Shown here piece after piece: positions 38,419 to 52,500 of a stretch of DNA of 64,000 nucleotides. Where the stretch lies: assembly GCA_043228905.1 (NCBI GenBank), contig JBHGNT010000002.1, positions 3,410,001 through 3,474,000 of the forward strand, read 5' to 3'. This DNA is from Azolla caroliniana. Its lineage: Eukaryota > Plantae > Polypodiophyta. Every line of letters starts with the position of its first letter. Position 1 is the stretch's first letter. The notes beneath the pieces were generated by a model, which was not told where the DNA came from, did not search any database, and was given only the letters and a program-made list of their open reading frames with translations. The translations under genes were made by a program, and so were the position numbers.

Positions 38419-38990
38419 TGTATGTATGTATGTATGTATGTATGTCATGTTGATATATGGATGTATCATATGTATGTCATGTTGATATATGGATGTATCA
38501 TATGTATGTCATGTTGATGTGTGTATGTATGTATGTATGTCATGTTGATGTATGTATGTATGTATGTATGTATGTATGTATGTATGTATGTATGTATGTA
38601 TGTATGCATGCATGCATGTATGTATGTATGTATGTATGCATGCATGCATGCATGTATGTATGTATGTTGATGTATGTATGTATGTATGTATGTATGTATG
38701 TATGTATGTATGTACGTATGTCATGTATGTATGTATGTATGTATGTATGTATGTATGTATGTATGTATGTATGTATGTATGTATGTATGTATGTATGTAT
38801 GTATGGCATGTTGATGTATGGATGTATGTATGTCATGTTGATGTATGTATGTATGTATGTCATGTATGTAAGTATGTGTAATGTACTATACCGTAGACTG
38901 TAGTATAGTGTAGTCTATTGTAGTATAGTATAGTGTACTGCAATATAGTGTAGTATAGTAGAGTATGTATTGTCTACATGTATGTATGTG
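38419..38990. repeat. (TATG)n microsatellite followed by GTATA/TAGTG-type repeats
   Basis: Directly visible. Source of the spurious MYVC/HTYI ORFs. Confidence 0.97.
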
Positions 38991-40439
38991 TGCGCATGCA
39001 CGCTTGCACGTATGAGTGTGTCCATCGGCATCATACCTAGGATGCATGCATTCGTCAATGTCGTAACCAAGGTGTATGTGCCTGCCCTTCCCTACTTATG
39101 TATTCTAGAAGTATGTGCAAGTTTTTTAGCATAGCAATGAGAACCTTCCCTCACCCAGATGTTGTGTCCCAACCTTAAATATCAACGAACTAATAGTTGC
39201 ATCCATGTCCTCATAAGACACACTTTGCAATCAGTGAGCTTCGTACCACTCCACCCAAGTCCATTCCCTGTTTTCAAGTTATGTCGAGTACGACTTCGAC
39301 TTGCTTGTGTTTAATTCTCGATTCATTCATCAACTTGGGCATGGCAAACATGTCATGTCCCCTTCCTTTCTCGTGATGGATACGTATAAACAAATGAGTT
39401 GACTTCCACCATAACAACTAGTCAATTCACCTACATAAAGCTCAGAAACGTATGTGTGCTATTTTGTGGAGTTTCTGACATTTTTTTTGTGGGCTTTCAT
39501 GTCACTTAACTGCTACAAACAAGTAATTCACGTTATAACTTTAAAAACATATATGTGAGTTCTACATGTTGGGAGTTAGAAGATAACATACATGAGGTTG
39601 AAACTTGATACAATTATTTTGAGTTTAGTGACTACTTCAAAGCACCCAAATAAATATATGGTGTCGTGTAATAACGTCTTAAAATTTCTATGTGAATTTC
39701 TAGTAATGGATCAAATGATCATACATATTTTCTTTAAGTGTATATGTACAATATTGTATCCTTTCATCATTAGGAACAAGCTACACTAAATATGTGCACA
39801 CAAGGTGGCATACTAGAATTAGTTGACAACCACAAAGGATTCGACGCACAACATATTCAACTATCATATTCTATGAGCACAATCATGAATCATGATTCAT
39901 GTGTTTATACAAAGTTCTTGTAAGTTGAAGGTGGTTGTCATAAAGAGACCATAACCTGCACCACAATTCTAATTTAACAACGATGCTCTTCTTTGTGGCT
40001 TGCCTATAAAAAGTGAGAGTGGGAGGAGGGAGAATCCGACAAGGTAATGACTAGTCACAGCTATGTTGGTATACTCATTTGAATCTTGTTTTGTGATGCT
40101 TATCATCTTAATAATTCATCCCTATATGTGCGCAAATTTAGCAATTGCATGTGTTATTCATCCGTTTATCTCTTTCGGAGGTTGACCAAGGGTATTTGAG
40201 GAAATATCAAAATATAGGAGCATTTAAGGTATTGCGAGGTTTACCCAAATTGAATTAGATACTCAAACCATTTAAAAACTTTTTCGAAAATCAATGAAAG
40301 TTAAGAGAGATGTAAATGATCAACTAGTTTATGTAATTGTGGCTACTTCATAGTTAATTAGGTATGCTATCATTGGATACAAAATAACATTTTTACATAA
40401 GACATAATGTGCAATGGTGAGTTAGAATGTGATTATTGT

Positions 40440-40870
40440 TTTTTTTAAAGAAGATATCCTATCATTAGTAAAATGGTTTACAAGATTTTAAACCTCTATG
40501 TGATTGGCGGGGGAAACAACCATTTCGGAAGCGGAAAATGCCAATAAGGAGTGTTGTAATTGGAAGTCATGAATGGAGTAGTTGTCCAGATAGTAAGAAA
40601 CTCATGCCATTGAGCAATTTTAGCCTTAGAGTCTCCAGCTATACCATCCCATTGACCCTTCAAAGTATGAACTATGTCTAACCAAATATTTGAAACTACT
40701 TCAACTGGTGGTGTTTTAAGTTGATGGAAAACGAGAGAGCACCAAGTCTTCCAAATGTGATATACAATGGTACTACTCAGTATCTCCCATATTGATTATT
40801 ATTGTACATTACAATGATTGGTTTTGTAATTAGAGTGGTTAGCCTTGTATTTATGATCATTCATATCAGG
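40440..40870 (-). mobile_element. LINE 3' fragment, family B
   Basis: Its reverse complement matches the 3' end at ~25000-25400 (AAATGGTTGTTTCC...ATCACATAGAG...ACTAATGA). Confidence 0.75.
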
Positions 40871-41428
40871 ATTAGTGCTAATAGTTTGTAAGATGCCAAG
40901 TGAGTAATGAATAATGACATGGAAGTTGTTAGTGTTTGGATGAGATCTAATGATATGAAGAATGGTTGGGAAACTTTCCTACGTTTTGATATTACATTTC
41001 AAATGTCAAATTCTTAACATAAAGAGTATGTTATGTAGTTTGGATTTGTTGTTTAAGAGTTGGTAAGGTATTGTATATCCAAATGTCAAACAAATTATGA
41101 ACTTTAGTTGTTACTAAGAATGGTCATAAATGATCATGGGGACAACAAACTACGTTTCTAAAAGCTTGCTAATCTAGATCATAAGCGTGACATGGAGAAA
41201 TACTTAACTTTGGAATTGAGAAGGTTGTCTACCACTTGCTCACTAAAAGAAACACATGTTAAACCTCAATAATTCCTGCCCACATTTTGTTACTAGACTT
41301 CTTCATTTTAATAATAGGTTCCTAAAATTATAAATGCATAATGTGATGGCTCTCATTTAAAGATATACTTGACATTGAAGTAGCAATTGCACTTTGGCAT
41401 GTAAGACTAAGTTCTTATCCACGGTGTG

Positions 41429-41650
41429 ATTTTTTTTCCCAAAAAACAGAACTCCTTCCATTAGTTATAAAATATGGTGAATGTTATATACCAATCGCAA
41501 AAGGGACTCGATAGTTCTATCTTATGTGGAGGCCCACTAACTCAAGAAAGGGAGAGGACAACCATTGTTGAATGATGGCTAATAGTTGTTTTTCGGCTCC
41601 ATTGCATCCGCCGATGCCATTGTATTGGCTCTTTAGAGTGGCTACACCTA
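41429..41650 (-). mobile_element. LINE 3' stub, family A
   Basis: VATLKSQYNGI...QQWLSSPFLELVGLHIR matches 16810-17035. Poly-T at ~41430. Confidence 0.85.
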
Positions 41651-44600
41651 CAACATGGTATGCTTTTTTATTTGTAAGAAAGGCATCACAATAGCGATGA
41701 AATTTCAATCTTTGTTTAATAGGCTATGTCATATTCTAGACATTCTTTTCATGAGTCATATCAACTCCATAAAATGTCACTTCACAAAAAAGCATAAGAC
41801 TTCATAACCTTTCAAGCTCCCCTTTTCATGGTCCATTCGGTAAAATTTCTAGCAAGACTACAAAACATTATCAATGCCATTGTTCCAAAATTAAATGTTT
41901 ATTGTTAGAAAACATTTTGTTTAGGATGGACAAGTTCTTATGTTCTTGTAGGTAGAATTCAATTCTGCATTCAAATTTGAAAGTTGTAGTCAATTTGATC
42001 ATTTGTGAAGTTGATGCTGCAGTCGAACCTAGTAAAGTGAGGTTTGAGCAATATATGCATGTGCAAAGGGCACATATCTACTATTAAATGTTTGGCAACT
42101 CGCACGCCCATATGTTCACAAGGTTAACTGCTTTCCCTCCAAACTTCAATTACAAAACTAGGAATATAAACATTAATTGTATTGTGAGAGGGGTCCTACT
42201 TAAATGGGTTCACTTGATTCACTAAAGTTTTTATGAACATGATAATTGAAAAACATAGGAATGGACTTGGTCAACACTGGCTTTTGGATGTTTGCGGATT
42301 TATGAAACTAGAGTTGGGTAGACAAACCATAGTTTAAAACAATGAGGATTAGTATAGCCATGGAAATTGTTGGTACATCTCATTGGTATATTGTGGGCTC
42401 CCACGACTCAAGACCAATGCACTTGAATTGCAACCAAAATAGAGAAATGCAAAATTAGATGGGTCATAATCCCCACAATTGAAGGACCCAATACAAGCCA
42501 AACAAAAGCCAAGGGCAATCATAAGAACAACAAAGAAGTCAACAACCAATATACAATGTTCATATTATTTCATGCTATACAAAGTGAAGGAGAGTGCTTA
42601 GGGTCAATACTCCAATAATTGAAGGCATACACAATAATTGTGGTGGTAACTAGGTAAAAAACAAAAGATTGCTTGAGTGATAACTAGTTATTATGATAGT
42701 TTGGAGGCCTTGAGACTTAATAAAATCATAAAGCTATTATGGAGCATCCAGGTGCGAGAGTAAAACAAGTTGAAGCTAAAAAAATTAATAAAGGAAAAGG
42801 GATTAGAGTAGGGGTGATCTTGGGAAGGATTGGCTTCCAAGATTCTAGAAAATACATGACTTGTAATTGGGGCTATCCTAGTTGAATCTAGCTTGAAAGT
42901 TCAATATATTTTCTCATGCCAAGTTTTGCTAAGGAATTCGGGATATTGGCCACATTTTTGCCATTTTCGTAATGAAGAAATAACGTAATATAAGAATAAT
43001 AATAATTCAACAAAATTTTAGTCATTTTTTCTATATTCCAATTATGTTTTCCATTCTAGATTTTTTGGGGGGTTGAAACCACCTCAAAATGTATGTCGAC
43101 AACAATTCATGAAGTTTTAGATGGTGTAGGGTCCAAAGTCGCACCATTCTAGTTTTTTTCTCTAGTACATTTTCAAAACTTTATTTGATTGACAAATTTA
43201 CAAGATTTAGAGCTAATTGACCAAAAAGAGCATGATTCTAGAATGGGGTGACATTGGTTCACACTTGCAGTTTTTTCATTCCTACACAAAAAAATTGTAT
43301 GAGTTGCCAAATGTAGAAAAATCATAGCCACAATAAAAAGAAATAAAAGTAAATTTGAAACAATGTGATTTTGAACTCTATATTGATTGACATAGGGCCT
43401 AAAGTCACGGTCTTTCAACTTCTTCTTCTTCTTTTGCTCCTATAGTGATGACATTGCTTCTTGTTGAAAAACTTACAAGTTCTAATCTTGATTGCTGGAT
43501 GAAAACAATACTAGAACAAGGCGATGCGGGGTTCTACAATTTTCATCTTTGCCAAATGATGTATTGGCACCAGGGTATATATTAACGTAGCACAATTCAT
43601 CATTGATCTACATTCTTCTGCTACAACTCACATGAGTTAGTTGGTAAGCTTCATATTTTCATCGATGAAAGGTATCATTAATTATCAATACAAAAATAAT
43701 TGGAGTTTAAGCCCTTCATCATAAAGAAGGCATAAGGGTTGCTAGGTGAGATTCTACCTTTTCTCATTTTCTTGAAGGATCCCCCCAAAGACATTGTAAT
43801 AATCTAAAACAAGCTTATACCACTCCATCGATTCTATGTGACAATAATCAAAACAATGTCAACGGTGCTCTACTTATCTACTATATCGAAAACTATAATG
43901 AAAATGGTACTTATTAACAAATCTTTCATCACTTGGAATATTCTCGAAGAAGGCAATTTGGAATAGGGTGACTTTGAGCCCTATATTGAGGGGCCCAAAA
44001 TCTCCATGTTTCGAAATTGCATTACTTTTTGTTTCCACACATATAAAACTATATATGTAGTCACAAATCTAGAAATAGTAGAACCAATTGAAAAAAAGAA
44101 GTAATTTCGTAACAAGCGACTTTCGGTCCTATATTAATCGATGCAGGGCCAATCACCATGATCTATATTTTTTTCGTTTTTCTGGTTCTACATCTATAAA
44201 ATTGTATGTAGGTGACAAATCTACAAGAGAAACATTTGATTACGAAATAAAATCAATTTTGGATATGGCAGTACAAGTTCCATCTTTGGGAGAGATGATG
44301 TCCAAGTAGTAGGCAGTACATTGATGAAGCATAGTTCTTCATTGATTTAGATTCTTCCACCACTATAGACATAAGTACGTTTATATGCTAGATCTTTTGG
44401 GGGGGGGGGGGGGGGGGGGGTAGGGTAAAGTACGTTTATATGCTAGGGCATTAGGAATTTGCTCAATAATTTAAAATTTATGAATATGAAAATCGTTATA
44501 GCTCACGCCCTTTGCTTGTCATAAAGAAGTGTATGGGTTGACGTTAAGGTGTAAGGACATTGTGATAATCAACAACAAAATTTACACCATCCCATTTTTT

Positions 44601-46332
44601 CTCCGCGATGGCACTCAAAGTGACGTCAAATGTCCTCTATTTATCTACCATACAAAATAATATAATGAAAATAATACTCACAATAAATCTTTTGTACATC
44701 AATGTTTTGGGAAGGATTAGCTTCCAGCATTAGAGGAAATTCATGTCTTTCAATAGAGGGTGAAGGAAGCAAGTCTAATTGTATTGTTGAATCAATTATC
44801 TCAAGCCAAATTCCTCAAAGTAAACGCAAAATATCATTCAAAGTAGAAGATGAGGACACCATGTTTACTTGGTGCAAGCCTTGTTTGCTTTTTGTGAGAT
44901 GTGTGGTATAAGCTTTGAGTGTCTTCAACTCAACGTAGACCATCTCTAGGTCTTGTTTTGTCGTGGTCATTATTGTGATAGTTATTAACTTGAACACCAA
45001 AATCCGGAGCTCCACCGTGGAGTTTTCTTCGAATCGTGGCAACGATATCTGGGTTTACCATGGTCTTGGTCTCTTGTAGTTATAACATTTTGCAGAAATG
45101 TCGGTTATACAAGTTGGAACTCAAGTTTTCCACCTAGACTTTGGCTTTACTTCGTACAATCCAATGTTGTTGTAGGCTTCCTATTCCACGAAGATGTGTC
45201 GCATGGACAAAGCCTCTATGTTATTAGGCAAGTATGGCTCCAAAAGATGCCACTTAGTTGTAACCCTCCTTCTCATGCAGTAAAGGTTGATTTTTTCATC
45301 AACTTGGCCTCTATTGTATTGAGATGAGTTGTAGTTCCTTAGAGCTCGAGATCCCTGGTTGCAAGGTTGGCCTACTTGGATACCAATGTGTGATGGTGGA
45401 ATGGAGAGTGCCATTGTTTGTTGAGATTAGAGGTTGCAAGTACAATGGTAATTGGTTGTCCCTATAACTGTTCAAGCTCCTCATCTTAGCTCTAAACAAA
45501 GCTCAAAGGATTTTGTTCATACACATATCATTCTAACATCACTTATTTCATGTTGATGGCAAAATGGTGGGTATGAACTTTATGTGTTTCCTGATGGTTC
45601 CATCCATCATGATTTTTGTGAACTTATGGTTGGTCAGGGTAGTTCAAGGGATACAATGATGTTCTTCAACTTGGGAGTGAAGACCCCAATTTCTTGAAGT
45701 GAGACAAAATGAATGCAATGACATTGGTATCAATTGACAAAGTCAAGGTCTACCTCATGATGGGGATGGGCTCTTGGAAAGTAATTGTTGTAATGCCTTT
45801 CTTGAGATGCTCATTGGTATCTTGTGGGGGCATAGGGGGTTTGTTAGTTGGATTTGCTCTTATGGTGGATGTTGGTCATATGGTCACCCAGATAGGGGAT
45901 ATTGGGAAGTGTCATAGGAGGGGCGTTGCTTGGCCTTTAGATAAATAGATTTTTGTGTCAAGGAAAAGAGCACCCCTAAACAAAAAGGGAGGAAGGTTGT
46001 AATAATCTTGCTTGCTTAGGTTGTGAACACATCCACCATGATCACATTGGCAGTATAGTAACCTCAATCGATATTTGGGCGTTGATGGGTGTGAAACCAA
46101 TATTTGTTTCAAAGAAATGATTGTTCCAAATACCTTGGACACTAGGACACTCAAGAATAAAGATCAATATGGACGGTTCATGCATCACAACAATCAAAGG
46201 AGGAAGAAATTGGAATGGATAAATATAAAGGCGATTTTCAAAAAATGTCAAAAAGTAGGAAGAACATAAGTCGTGGATCCGATGATTCATTCAAAAGCTG
46301 AAGACAACCAATAATATCGTGTATGATAAATT

Positions 46333-46884
46333 TGTTGAGAATCGATCTGCCACAACCAGTTTCTACGCCTATGTATGCGGGTACAAAGATAACAAAAACC
46401 AACCATGCACAAATAGCAGAAACGAAAGAGATACAGAGACATTGAATGTTTTATGTGGAAAACCCGAAAGGGAAAAACCACGGGAGTTCTCGAACTCCGT
46501 ACTAGATCACTATAAGGGGAGGAGTACAACGAGAAGCTCTAAGGCAACAACCTTAAGCTCTCCATCGTCAGACAGACAGTTGTAGAGTTACTCGCTCTCT
46601 CTTACACAATTACAGAGGGAACAACCTTCTCTAACTATGCAACAACTAATAATGATACATCACCCCTAATAGAGTTTGCCCTAGTTGTAGTTATACTTAT
46701 ACAACTTTCTGGCTATTTACATACATAGCCCACAAGGGGCACATTTAGACTATTTACAAATATAGTCTCCCAAATCAGTTATAAAATTGATTTTGATTTC
46801 CGATTTCGACTCCATAGGAATCAATTCTCCCTTTTTCCTCAATTCAAGCTTCACTTCCCAGCCGGAGGGACTTGTTATCCAACA
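46333..46884 (-). mobile_element. Solo LTR (552 bp), Copia-like
   Basis: TGTTGA...TCCAACA termini. Perfect 5-bp TSD AAATT at 46328-46332 and 46885-46889. Contains GTGGAAAACCC...GGGAAAAACCACGG, which resembles plant Copia LTRs read in reverse. Confidence 0.85.
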
Positions 46885-47230
46885 AAATTTGAAGTGAGAA
46901 AGAAGAAATTGTGATAAAAATAGTAGGTCGGTGTCAAAAGATGATAATTGAGTCTATATTTAAGATATATTTTAAAAAATCTTGTAACATCTTACATGGT
47001 CTCAAGTATATCTATATCTATTAGAAAGCAAGGACAACCTATCAAGAATGTAATCCAAAATCTATAAATAGTAAGTGAATGTAACCCAAAATCTATAAAT
47101 AGGAGGTGATTATTAGAGATTTAGACAAGAAAAAAGAGGAATTGAAGTTTGGAAGAGTGAGATGAGAAAACTCTTTAGGAGAAAGGAAGAAGGAAAATAA
47201 AAAGTGGCTATTATGGATTCAGATGATATT

Positions 47231-47689
47231 TAGCAATGGGCATGGTTTCGGCTCAAACCGAACCGAATCGTTAAGCCATGCTTTAACGGTTTATTGGTTC
47301 CCAAAAAAATTAATGGTTTGGTTTGGTTTGGATTCTCGATAAACGGTTCGGTTTCGGTTCTAAAACTCGGGTTTATAGGTTTAAAGGTTTTTGGTTAACT
47401 TTTGTTTTTTTACCTTAATAGTTTATTGATGTAATGGTTTTTTATTGATTTAATAAAATTAACTTAAATGCTTATTTAATTTAATGTATTTTTGTTTCTT
47501 TAGATGTTTAACTAGTTTGACTTAAGTGGTTAGGTTTAAATTTTTTATTAAATGGTTCGGTTTGGTTTCGACTTTTCCCTAAACGGTTTGGTTTTAACTT
47601 TTTCTGAAATGATTTGGTTTAAATATTGAGAGTTCATAAACAGTTTGGTTTGGTTTCTTTGCCTTGAAACTGAACCGTGCCCATTGCTA
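47231..47689 (-). mobile_element. hAT MITE, 459 bp, same family as 23725-24282, opposite orientation
   Basis: TIRs TAGCAATGGGCATG / CGTGCCCATTGCTA. Perfect 8-bp TSD ATGATATT at 47223-47230 and 47690-47697. Its internal sequence is the reverse complement of the first copy with deletions. Confidence 0.95.
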
Positions 47690-48999
47690 ATGATATTATT
47701 ACTTTGATGGTGTGTGGTCGTGTTTATGATATCAGGAATGTGTATGATCTGCTATTAAAATTATGCTCTCTCTACTATCTCAATCACTACCTTTATTTTA
47801 ATAGAAGTGGGAGATGGAGCCAAAATAGTGCTCACCCGCTATGTTTGATCATACTTCATTAAGATTTATTCCACCCTTTGATTTGCCAATATATTCTACC
47901 TATAGTTATTTTGCTAATTCATCTTTATGGCTACCAACAACTACAATAAGTGGGTTGAAGCCAAAGCCTTGTAGTAACGTGGATACCACCTATACGTACA
48001 ATCATTACACCTGGCATAGATACCCAATCTTGGTGAGAGAGATACTACATGATAACCTCAACTATTCAATTCCTATATGAACAAATGCTTTGCAAATTTA
48101 ATTGTTCAATTGAACCGTGAGCAATCAACACAGTGATTAGCAATCTCACCAAATAGAATGAGATTTTCCATAAATGAAACACAATGCATTAAAACTTAAC
48201 AATTGGGGTATTGAGGTGTGACGAGGAGTTAGGCCACAAAAAGGAACTAGACTAAGTTGATCCAAGCATGTTGTTATAAATATAATACTAATAATAAATA
48301 AATATTAAGGTTAAGAAAAGAATGATTTAAAGGTTTTAAATCACTAACCACCCCCAAGTGAAGGAAAAGAGACGAATATAAAATATTATAAGCGTCTATA
48401 CCACCAAATGTTACCTTATGTTATACCCTGAAAATTGCAATGAGCATATCTAAAAAAAGAGAGTTTTGAGTCACCAATAGAGTCTAAACAACATATCAAG
48501 ATGCTCTAATGAAGGGGGTAGATGTATAAGCTCCCAAACTAGCAAGTCTTATGGGCTTATCAGGGGTCCTAGGATGACTTGTTTTCCCACTTATCCTACG
48601 TATAAACCATTAAAACTAGTCTTTAGAATTGGTCCAGGGTTATCAAATACTAGTGATAAGCAACACATATTAAGATTAAGAAAATAATGGTTTAAGTATG
48701 TTTAAACACACTAGAAACCTCTGAGTGAACTTTATGTTGTATTTGGAAGTAGAGATGAAGGGATGTTTTACCTCACCAATAGACCAATAGGGTCTTAAAA
48801 TTGTTTCAAGATGTCGTAATGGAAGAGGTGGCAAATTCCTTTTATATGACCCAACTCCTTAGGCTCCAAAAATAGCATGTGTTCCCATGTGTCACAAGTC
48901 CTAGGATAGTTGGTTTTCCACTTATCCTACACTTAAAAGCATTTAAATTAGCAGTTAGAACTGGTCGTAAGGTTATGCCCATAACACATGTTGGCAAGG

Positions 49000-51900
49000 C
49001 ATGAAAAGTTAAAGAATCATAACAAATCATAAAAGGCCATAACAATGTTAAAGAGGGAACTAGTTGATCTCATTAATTGTTAGTGGTAGAAAATAACATC
49101 ATTGGATCACAAAAGATCCCAATGAAGTTGTGTAGACTAGGATATTTCAATACAGTCATTGCAAATCATGATTCGAATTACATGGAGGAACTTGTCAGTT
49201 GACCATAAATAAAGAAGGCTAGTCCAATTATGGCATCCACATGATAGGTTCATACAGGTGACAAGTATGTGGCCATAACAATGTTAAAGAGGGAACTAGT
49301 TGATCTCATGAATTGTTAGTGGTAGAAAAGAACATCATTGGATCAACAAAGATCCCAATGAAGTTGTATAGACTAGCAGATTTCAACACAATCTTTACAA
49401 ATCATGATTCGAATTACATGGAGGAACTTGTCACTTGACCATAAATAAAGAAGGCTAGTCCAATTATGGCATCCACATGATAGGTTCATACAAGTGACAA
49501 GTATGTGATGTTTGTTAACTTCATATAAAAGACTTGTTGGGGGGAAAACACGTATTGGGTATATAAATTGCTCAAGAGAGAAAAGATCAACAAATTCATC
49601 CATTTTGATGTGTGTACATCACCAAGGTGCTCAACTAGATACTTCACATTGGCGGAACTAAACTTCTGCATTACAAAATTTGAAGTTGTTCAACTTTGTA
49701 ATTTTCTCAGGGACGATATATGTTCCCAACCTAAGATGGCTTGACATCTTACCCATGGATTGTTGCGGCCATTGCCAATTCTAAGTGGTCCATAGAAATA
49801 AATTTCTTTATATTTCATTAGATCTCATGCCTTAAAGAAAATTGTTGCCATTCTCATGTGGTGAATCAATTTGCATATATCATACATATACTTCCATTGT
49901 GATAAGACTATTAGCGAAAAGGAAATATATTAGATCTAATTATTCAAGCATCATGGTTTTCTATTTGACACTAATAGCAATCATAAGCCACAAATCAACA
50001 AACAAATTAGGAAGAATTTGCTTGCACTAATGAGAATTTCCTATAAACTCTCCTCAAGTTATCATCCATAGATTGTCAACCATTATGACATTATAACGAT
50101 ATATTCATTATTTTATCACCTACCAACACGAAGGTTGGGTTGAGTTCTTGCATTTTGCAACGTTTTTTATAATAATTAGATGAATTCTTCTACCAAACTG
50201 ATTATTCACAAACACACGTCATCACCCTCATTGGTCCATGCTTGAGCACTAAGAAGTCTCTAGGATTCTTGTTGTTGAAGATCATGCAAACTCAAGTCCA
50301 ATAGGTTAAGGTAGAGCTTTCTCGCCACTTGAAAGATGTACAAGATGCACACAAAGTTAGTTACAAGTCATTATTACCTCTATCTCTCACCAAAGATACC
50401 AAAGTTTTGAGGTGGGTGCGGTTGGTGTGATGTAATATGAAGACCCATCAAGCCATGTGGTGAATTAGATTATCAAGGTCTTAGTCCATTTGTGATATCT
50501 AGCCAAGTCAATAATGTTTCATTTTCTTATATCTCCCTTTACATGTGTAGCTCCATCCCTTTACATGTGTAGCTCCATCGAATGTTTCATGTCTCTTTAC
50601 TATAGCCTTGTGCTTCTACTTCCATTTTAGATTGGGTTGTTCCACCCCCACCTCCTATTCAACTTGTCAATGGATTAGAATATTGGATTGAAGTCGTTTA
50701 GGACATCAAGATAATGCATAACAAACTATAATACTTCATGAATTGGTTGGATTATACATTCACGATCAAGCATGGAAGGTTCTAATAAAATATTGCCAAT
50801 GCAACAAAACTTGCTATAGATTTTCATCACATCATTCATATAAACAAGAGGTCTAGTTCATGCATCGTTACTCATGGACACTCATTGTTCTCCTTGATGT
50901 GCACCTTGAACCTTAGCCACATATGGTCATATTGTACATATTATAATTATTGTAAACATTTCACAAATAGTATTGTGCATGTTCACATTATTATGGCATT
51001 CCACGTTATAATGATCATAACACATGATTGCCAAGTGACAAACATGTACAATTGCCAAGTGCCAAGCATGCATCATGGCTAGGTGGAGTGTGTTCATAGC
51101 ATTAGGGGGTATTATAAGGAAGACCTCGATATTGTCAAAAAACATTGTGGTTCAATGCCAATCTTAAGCTAAAACCTCTACCCTTTCCCTTTTTCTTCTT
51201 TTATATATATATAAATTGTTTCCTTTTCTTCTTCTTTTTCCTTTCCTTCTTAGCTCAATAATGCTTTTGGCTTTGATCTTGGATTGCTCCATGCTTATTA
51301 AATGGGCTAAGGACCAAGGTCTTATAAAGTTAGGAACCACATGAAGTGTATATCCAAAATCACATTATATGTATGAAGTCCCACAACCAATGCAACATGA
51401 TTACATCCATTTAGCGAAACATAACTCATAGTGTACCCCTTAAATTGAAAGGAAGACTCTAAATTAACATGGTATGATGTTCTGCCACATGTAATGCAAG
51501 CTGTTGTGCAGAGGTACACATTGTACATCTTAGGGAGAGAACACTTTGCCCTTAGATTCCATGTAGCGATACTCATAACTCATGAGTTCTACCCGTTGTT
51601 TCCTTAAGCACATTCCCACTATGCTAATGTTTGGAATATCATGAAAATAACTACTTGCAAGGGACCACATGCACATTTTATATTGGAGGTCACTAGTTTG
51701 CTACTTATGCCTTGGAGATTCATCATGAGTGACTAACTAGCTAAGGTTGTTTTTCCATTGTTATGGAAGTAACCTTACCATTCATATATAATTTGAGCCT
51801 CTAGCTATTCTATGCATAGTGCATGATTTTCCTTGAAATGGATCATAAGGTGCTACATTTGGCAATCTAATTAAGAGTCCCATAAGAACTTTGCTAATGT

Positions 51901-52500
51901 GGTTGCTAACTTTCTTCACTAGCTACATTGAATATCTAGCATAGGCATTGGTTTGCCTCTAAAGTTGATCCTCTTTCTTAAGTTCATTCCCCTTTTCTCC
52001 AAGACACTATCGTTTTGCTTGTTGTCATATCTTACTATGCCTCCAAAATGGCATCATTATCATTTAGAATACTAGGGGCTTCCACTCCAAATCGTTTGTT
52101 GGCATTCTACCATGACGAGGTCCAAATTACCACATTTGAACCAACAACCTACAAATATCCCACAATTGGAATAACTGACCTCATCTTCTTAGTTTGCAAA
52201 TTCAATCATGATGATCTTTGTAGAGTAGTATTCCATGATATGCATAAAATATATTAATGGTATGTTTTGCCATTTGAGGGCACTATCACTATCATCACTA
52301 CTCAATAGGTGTTGTGTGTAGAAGGCTGTAAGAATGAAGCCTACAATTCACCTCAACCCAAATCAAGACTCCTATGGTCTATCTCAATATATCTTGAAAT
52401 TCTACCAATGGTATCTACGAACAATGTAAACCAAGTAGATATTGAAAGACAAGATGTCTCGTGTACAATAAAAACAAGAGTTCAAATAGCTTGAGGGGCT
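49000..52500 (-). mobile_element. Very old Ty3/gypsy-like pol remnant (tentative)
   Basis: Faint traces on the minus strand in roughly RT-RNaseH-integrase order, e.g. an ISMD-like motif at ~49790 and a FW..FV.SC-like zinc-finger trace at ~50340-50395. No continuous frame. Confidence 0.35.
49034..49507. repeat. 237-bp tandem duplication
   Basis: GGCCATAACAATGTTAAAGAGGG...GTGACAAGTATGT at 49034-49270 and 49271-49507, about 90% identical by eye. Confidence 0.9.

Noticed and set aside
38457-38903. MYVC/HTYI repeat ORFs
   Set aside because: (TATG)n microsatellite artefacts.
44399-44420. Poly-G tract (another at ~63122-63137)
   Set aside because: Simple homopolymers of uncertain assembled length, with no supporting context.
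42300-46280. Faint gypsy integrase-like (42.3-42.9 kb) and gag-like (45-45.7 kb) traces
   Set aside because: Too degenerate to set boundaries or identity by eye.
46983-48050. LTR-like segment (TGTAAC start, CTATAAATAGG) interrupted by the MITE
   Set aside because: No convincing 3' end, TSD or second LTR was found.
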